From contig CAXXOU010000001.1 of NCBI GenBank assembly GCA_963677495.2, positions 32,001 to 96,000 on the forward strand: 64,000 bases of DNA, read 5' to 3'. Origin of the DNA: Candidatus Cloacimonadales bacterium. Its GTDB lineage: Bacteria; Cloacimonadota; Cloacimonadia; Cloacimonadales; JAFGVF01. The notes under the pieces are model-generated. The model worked only from the letters and a program-made list of their open reading frames with translations, was not told the DNA's origin and did not search any database. The number at the start of each line of letters is the position of its first letter. Positions within the stretch are counted from its first letter, which is position 1. The position numbers and the translations under genes are program-made. Shown piece after piece: positions 58,712-64,000 of the stretch.

Positions 58712-59989
58712 ATGAGAAAATTGCTTCTTTTATTTTTAGCTTTAGCGATAATGGGTTCTTTGTTTTCAGTACATAATTTCACAATAAACGGACAGGACGA
58801 GATTACTGTTGCTGTTGGTGATCCTATGCTTTACGACTTCGACTTTGAGTCTGTTATGGGAAATGCAGGATATAGAATATCTATTGACATACCTGTATTA
58901 GAGATACCTGCAATTGAAATACCTTTTAGCCTTTTCCAAGACGGTTTAGGTTATGATGAGACCGGGTTTGATGGACACTTCACAGCTAACCTTGAGTGCG
59001 AAATGAGCTTTCCTTCATCCGTTCCTGTTACAATCGTATTAGAAGACGGTGGAGTAGCTGATAGTGTACTTGTTCACTATACTCAATTGAATTCAAACTT
59101 CTCAGTTTCAGGGGCTGTTCAACAAGAAAGTGGTTGGATGGATTTACCTGTCCCAAGTCCGCTTGTATACGTTAACTACAACTCTGATGACTTCTCTAAT
59201 GTTGAGCTTATGACTTGTATTGCAAACTTCTTCGACCCAATGCCGGAAGGTGAATACCTTGTTATGGAGTTCGGTAGTATGCTCGGTTCTTATCAGGTTT
59301 ATGTTCCTGACACTATACCTAACGTTGACTGTGCTGTGAATGTCTATAGCTATTTGGATGTGGAAGGAGAAGGGACTCAAACACCACCTCAGCAAGTAGT
59401 GAATGTCAATGGGCATGAGTCTAATGTCAATTTCTTGTATCTTAATTTAGATGGTGGAATCGAAGGTACAGTAGTAGATAATATGAATGCACCTGTCGGC
59501 TATGCTGCATTCTACATCACAATGGATTCTAATCCTGACTTCGAAGACTATTTCCTTACAGGAGAAGATGGTTCATTTAACCGTGGTTTGGAAGATGGGA
59601 CTTATAATATAACTATCGTAGCAATGGGTTATGATACTTATGAGGAGCAGGTTACAGTTAATGGCTCATTTGTTACAATGAACATAGCTCTCGTACCAAC
59701 TGCTAATGATGACAATGTTGCAACTGCACCAACAATGCAAGTTAGTGCTTATCCAAATCCTTTTAGCTCTAACTCATCTTTAGATATAGACACTGCTAAA
59801 TCAGAAAATGTTAATATTAACATCTACGACATCAGAGGAAGACTTGTTAAACATATCTATGATGGTAGGTTAAATAAAGGATTTAACAGCTTCACTTGGA
59901 ATTCTAAGAATAACTCGAACGGAATCTATTTCTGGAGAGTTAAATCAAATGACACTACATTTACAAAGAGAATCACTTTAATCAAATAG
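58712..59989 (+). CDS. Secreted acidic protein with a carboxypeptidase-regulatory-like domain and C-terminal FlgD-Ig/T9SS-like domain
   Basis: Signal peptide, IEGTVVD...TGEDGSF...GTYNITIVAMGY, AYPNPFS...NGIYFWRV...ITLIK. Confidence 0.78.
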   Translation: MRKLLLLFLALAIMGSLFSVHNFTINGQDEITVAVGDPMLYDFDFESVMGNAGYRISIDIPVLEIPAIEIPFSLFQDGLGYDETGFDGHFTANLECEMSFPSSVPVTIVLEDGGVADSVLVHYTQLNSNFSVSGAVQQESGWMDLPVPSPLVYVNYNSDDFSNVELMTCIANFFDPMPEGEYLVMEFGSMLGSYQVYVPDTIPNVDCAVNVYSYLDVEGEGTQTPPQQVVNVNGHESNVNFLYLNLDGGIEGTVVDNMNAPVGYAAFYITMDSNPDFEDYFLTGEDGSFNRGLEDGTYNITIVAMGYDTYEEQVTVNGSFVTMNIALVPTANDDNVATAPTMQVSAYPNPFSSNSSLDIDTAKSENVNINIYDIRGRLVKHIYDGRLNKGFNSFTWNSKNNSNGIYFWRVKSNDTTFTKRITLIK

Positions 59990-59994
59990 AGCTT

Positions 59995-60019
59995 AAGGCC
60001 CCATCCGGGGCTTTCTTTT
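59995..60019 (+). terminator. Short terminator-like hairpin
   Basis: GCCCC-ATCC-GGGGC-TTTCTTTT. Confidence 0.55.
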
Positions 60020-60035
60020 AAATAAAGGAGACCTT

Positions 60036-60257
60036 ATGCAAGATCAAGTTTATAGTCGCAGAAGTTGGTTAGCAACCCTATTACTCTGTATATTTTTAGG
60101 TGAGTTCGGTATTCACAGATTTTACAATGGAAAAGTTTTGACCGGTATTTTGATGGTAATCACTGCAGGTGGTTTCGGAATCTGGTGGCTTTATGATATT
60201 ATTATGATTGCAACTAAGAACTTTCGTGATAGCGAAGGTTACGTTGTAATGGACTAA
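60036..60257 (+). CDS. TM2-domain protein
   Basis: LLLCIFLGEFGIHRFYNGK...GGFGIWWLYD; AAGGAG RBS. Confidence 0.9.
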   Translation: MQDQVYSRRSWLATLLLCIFLGEFGIHRFYNGKVLTGILMVITAGGFGIWWLYDIIMIATKNFRDSEGYVVMD

Positions 60258-61760
60258 CTATTTAAGAAACAGGCTTTTAATTATATCGGTTGGAGTAATC
60301 GCATTTGTCTCTTTTCCTTGATTGAGATTCTCTGCTGTTACTCCAAGTAGATAGGAACCTGCTATAGCTGCCTTTCCTAACTGTATTTTCTGACCAATAA
60401 ACGACGTGATAATCCCTGAAAGGACATCACCAGACCCTCCAGTTGCAAGTCCATCATTACCTCTTGTATTAATGAAAGTGCTGTCCATATCAGAATATAT
60501 ACTGATACTATCTTTTAAAAGAACTTTTGCTTTGTAGTTATTGGTAAAACTCTTCAGCACTTCAAGTCTATTCTTTTTAATCTCATTTATTGATACCTTT
60601 GCTAATCTGCTGAACTCTCCAACATGAGGAGTTAGAAGCACATCCTTAAAAGCAATTTGAGTTAAAAGGTGTGGGTTTGCTGAAATAAGATTCAATCCAT
60701 CTGCATCTATAACTATCGGTTTCTCTATCTTTAGTAACAATTCTTCAAGAATCATAAGAGTGTAATCCGATACTCCGATTCCTGGGCCAAAGAGAATAAC
60801 GTCATAATTTTTCAGAATAGAGATAAACTCATAAACATCAGGTTCTCCATCAACTTCCGGGATAGCTTTTGTCATAACTTCAGTAAGTTTCAACTCAAAT
60901 ATGGTTGAAAGCTCTTTTCTATGAAATAATGTAATCAAGCCGGAACCACTTCTTAATGCCGACTGACATGCCATGATTGCTGCACCGGTATATCCTTCAG
61001 AACCGGCAATAACAGCAACTCGACCATAGCTACCTTTATGAGTGTGCCTTGTTCTATCAGGTAATGTGACATTTTCTTTTTCAATAAGTAAAGCAGGATT
61101 TTCTTTCCCAAAATAGCTATCAGGTATACCAATGGGAACTACTTCAGTCTCCCCACAGACACATCTTCCCTTTCCTAACACATGTCCAATTTTCAGGGAT
61201 GCCATTGTAAGAGTGACGTCAGCTTTAACGCATAGGCTACTATTTCCTGTTAACGCATTTAGACCACTTGGGATATCTACACTGATAACTGTACCTTTAG
61301 TCCTGTTTATAGATTCAACCACTACTTTCATTAAGCCTTTAAGTTCACCCTTAAAACCTATTCCAAAGATACTATCTACAACTATATCAGCTGTAAGAAG
61401 AGCCAACCTTTTCTGTTTCCAAACATCTTCCTCATCTATTTCATGAATCTTTAATCCAAGTTTCTCAATAAGATCATAGTTTGCTCTTGTTTCTGCTGAG
61501 AACTTCTCTTTAGTACCAACAAGATAGACCGTACAGTCAAACCCATACTTATCTAACCATCTGGCTATAACGAATCCATCTCCCCCATTATTACCTGAAG
61601 AGCAGACAAGCGCGACTTCGTTAGTGCTAGCATAGTTCTCTTTGATATAGTCAGCACACCCCTTACCGGCTGTTTCCATTAAAACACGTGAAGGAATACC
61701 GAAATCATCCATAGTTCTTTTATCTAATCTATACATCTGCTCAGGTGTTAACAGTGTCAT
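60258..61760 (-). CDS. nnr: Bifunctional NAD(P)H-hydrate epimerase/dehydratase (YjeF)
   Basis: LMETAG, GNNGGDG, SVDIPSG, HKGSYG, DADGLN, TPHVGEF, ATGGSGDVLSG. Confidence 0.95.
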   Translation of the reverse strand: MTLLTPEQMYRLDKRTMDDFGIPSRVLMETAGKGCADYIKENYASTNEVALVCSSGNNGGDGFVIARWLDKYGFDCTVYLVGTKEKFSAETRANYDLIEKLGLKIHEIDEEDVWKQKRLALLTADIVVDSIFGIGFKGELKGLMKVVVESINRTKGTVISVDIPSGLNALTGNSSLCVKADVTLTMASLKIGHVLGKGRCVCGETEVVPIGIPDSYFGKENPALLIEKENVTLPDRTRHTHKGSYGRVAVIAGSEGYTGAAIMACQSALRSGSGLITLFHRKELSTIFELKLTEVMTKAIPEVDGEPDVYEFISILKNYDVILFGPGIGVSDYTLMILEELLLKIEKPIVIDADGLNLISANPHLLTQIAFKDVLLTPHVGEFSRLAKVSINEIKKNRLEVLKSFTNNYKAKVLLKDSISIYSDMDSTFINTRGNDGLATGGSGDVLSGIITSFIGQKIQLGKAAIAGSYLLGVTAENLNQGKETNAITPTDIIKSLFLK

Positions 61761-63298
61761 GCTATATGCTCCTTAAGTTGTATCTCGAATGTAGTACCTT
61801 CCGGTGAAGTCTCCAAAACCTTTATCTTACCTTCATGGTACTCTTCGACAATCCTCTTAACTAAACTAAGTCCTAATCCCCAACCTCTGGTTTTGGTAGT
61901 AAAACCCGGTTCGAATATTTTCTTAGTCATATTTTTGGGGATACCTTTGCCTTGGTCTTTTAGATGTAGATGGATGTTATTCTTCTCCTTAGCAATGGAA
62001 ATAGTTATCATTCCACCCTTTGCAGTCATAGCATCAATGCTATTCTTAACCAAATTCTCCAAGGTCCATTGGAATAATTCTTTATCCATAGAAGCTATTA
62101 GATCAGTATCTCTACAAATTAAATCAATATCAATTTTGGCACTGAAATGAGGTAAACGGGTATCAAAATAGGCTACAGTTTCCTTTACAGTTTCATAGAC
62201 ATTCAATGGTTTCAGCTTAATATTAGAACCTACTTTTCCAAAACGTGATGCTATCTTTTGCAGATGCTTTACATCCTCTGAGATATTATCTAACATAGGA
62301 TTAACTTCTATTGCTTCGGGACTGTCCTCAAAATGGAGTTTAAGATATTCAGTCCAACCTTGTAGCGAAGTAATAGGAGTCCCAAACTGGTGAGCTGTTT
62401 CTTTTGCTAATCCTACCCATAGTGTATCCTTCTCTGAGTTCTTAATCATCAGGAAGCCATAGCTACCGAAAGCTAAGAATAGTACTATCAACAGAATCTC
62501 AACATACACAAGAGAACGAATCTTCTTTAAGGAGTCTGATTCCTCAAAGTAAACGAATCCAACTCTCTTACCATTTGCTTCCAAGGGAAACTCAACCATT
62601 TTGTTCATTCTTCCGTTAATAAACTCTTTATTCGGTTCATTAAGCTCATCATACTTTATATTTTCAAGTATCCCCATATTACGCCAATAACGTGGTTTTC
62701 TAAACTCATCTGTCACAATAAGTGAGTACTGCACATCCTGAACAAAGTCTTCAAATCCTGACTGGCTTCTATAGAAAACATATCCAACTACTTTGTCCCC
62801 ATATTTAAGGGGGATAAGCTCCATTTCACGCTTAATCTTGTCGATATGTTCTTTGTAAACATGGCTCAAATCTTTGTATTGAACAGCTTCAGGGACATCC
62901 AGATTTCTCCAATAGAGGGGCTTCTTCTCATTATCAGCAATAATCACCGGCATTGCAATATTGGTAACAAACTCATCTCGAATATACTCAACTAATATCT
63001 CTTCATAATTATCTTCTGTCAGGGAGTTTATATATTTTGCAAACAACTCCGATATTAGCTTAGAATTGCTTTCTGCTTCCAGCATTTGTGATTCTATATA
63101 TACAATATAGTTAGCAAAACTTCTTGGGATGAACTCAGAATCTTGCTTAGCTTTCTTAAGAAGAATGTTCGTGTAGGTGATATAGAACCCAATTAGGACT
63201 ATACTACCAATAATAAAATAAAGCTGTAAAAAATTACTATTTTTCTGTGCGTTTAACCTGGTCCCAAACCCGGTCAAGTTCTTCAAGAGTCGCATCAT
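61757..63298 (-). CDS. Membrane sensor histidine kinase with a duplicated periplasmic module
   Basis: Two TMs, AKETAHQFGTP, ENLVKNSIDAM, GWGLGL. Start uncertain; ATG 63298 has a GGAG RBS and overlaps the mazG end. Confidence 0.88.
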   Translation of the reverse strand: MMRLLKNLTGFGTRLNAQKNSNFLQLYFIIGSIVLIGFYITYTNILLKKAKQDSEFIPRSFANYIVYIESQMLEAESNSKLISELFAKYINSLTEDNYEEILVEYIRDEFVTNIAMPVIIADNEKKPLYWRNLDVPEAVQYKDLSHVYKEHIDKIKREMELIPLKYGDKVVGYVFYRSQSGFEDFVQDVQYSLIVTDEFRKPRYWRNMGILENIKYDELNEPNKEFINGRMNKMVEFPLEANGKRVGFVYFEESDSLKKIRSLVYVEILLIVLFLAFGSYGFLMIKNSEKDTLWVGLAKETAHQFGTPITSLQGWTEYLKLHFEDSPEAIEVNPMLDNISEDVKHLQKIASRFGKVGSNIKLKPLNVYETVKETVAYFDTRLPHFSAKIDIDLICRDTDLIASMDKELFQWTLENLVKNSIDAMTAKGGMITISIAKEKNNIHLHLKDQGKGIPKNMTKKIFEPGFTTKTRGWGLGLSLVKRIVEEYHEGKIKVLETSPEGTTFEIQLKEHIA

Positions 63299-64000
63299 AC
63301 ATCTTTTCTCCGTTATCAGAGTAGATTTTCTCAACTTGTTTAAACCTTCTGACAAACTTGTTTATAGTGATTCGTAAAGCAATTTCAGAATCTACGTGTA
63401 GTTTTCTGGCAAGATTCACCACTGAGAATAATAGGTCCCCGACTTCCTCTTCAACTTTACTTTGGTCACCCGATTCTATAGCTTCTCTAATTTCGTCCTG
63501 CTCCTCATCTATCTTTCCAAAGATAGGTTCAATAGAATCCCAATCAAAGCCAATGGAAGCAGCTTTTTCCTGTAGCCTATGAGCAACAATAAGAGCAGGC
63601 ATAGAAAGTGGAGTTCCATCAAGGATAGATTCCCTTTCCTTTTTCTTCTCCTCCTGCTTCATCCTCTCCCAATTGATCTTTACCTCATCAGCATCATTCT
63701 CTTTCTTTTCTCCAAAGATATGAGGATGTCTTCTTATAAGTTTTTCTGAGATACCGTTCAATGAATCTGCTACCGTAAACTCTTTATTCTCCTCTGCAAT
63801 TCTACATTGCATGAGCAGATGTAGCATCAAGTCACCAAGCTCCTCTTTGAGAGCTTTCGGGTCATTATCCTCTATCGCTTCAACTGTTTCATAGAGCTCT
63901 TCTATGAAGTTAGGAACAAGTGATTTATGCGTTTGCTTAAGATCCCACGGACAACCATCCAGAGGATCTCTAAGTTTGGCAATGATCTCAACTAATCTAT
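63237..64000 (-). CDS. mazG: Nucleoside triphosphate pyrophosphohydrolase MazG (5' end outside the window)
   Basis: Frame extends upstream of the track ORF: LRDPLDGCPWDLKQTH...EELYE...EELGDL; KLIRRHPHIF; EEVGDLLFSVVN. Confidence 0.95.
   Translation of the reverse strand, partial: RLVEIIAKLRDPLDGCPWDLKQTHKSLVPNFIEELYETVEAIEDNDPKALKEELGDLMLHLLMQCRIAEENKEFTVADSLNGISEKLIRRHPHIFGEKKENDADEVKINWERMKQEEKKKERESILDGTPLSMPALIVAHRLQEKAASIGFDWDSIEPIFGKIDEEQDEIREAIESGDQSKVEEEVGDLLFSVVNLARKLHVDSEIALRITINKFVRRFKQVEKIYSDNGEKMYDATLEELDRVWDQVKRTEK

Overview
AT-rich bacterial chromosomal segment from a Gram-negative anaerobe. The TolC/RND pump, Omp85-type patatin, amino-acid fermentation genes and four secreted proteins ending in a YPNPF FlgD-Ig/T9SS-like C-terminal domain suggest Cloacimonadota or a related FCB lineage; this is inference. 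Contents: partial hutU, a cysteine desulfidase, an MBOAT/SGNH pair, an ArsR-led arsenic/thiol-redox operon, tldD-pmbA, a TetR-RND efflux operon, two different cobalamin-linked histidine-kinase operons, hisS, cutC, a Wzx/Wzy-type polysaccharide cluster, tRNA-Pro(GGG), add, nnr and partial mazG. Top findings: (1) a secreted CxxU candidate selenoprotein (52114-53130) that the ORF caller split at an in-frame UGA followed by a SECIS-like hairpin; (2) a corrinoid protein + MtaA/UroD-like methyltransferase + DUF1638-histidine kinase operon; (3) a CarH-type (W-x9-EH) B12 domain + small helical protein + histidine kinase operon; (4) a 151-bp dispersed repeat carrying paired perfect DnaA boxes, part of a wider set of 11-bp-periodic intergenic arrays. 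No CRISPR array, rRNA, transposase or integrase was seen. All family calls come from motif recognition by eye, not database searches.
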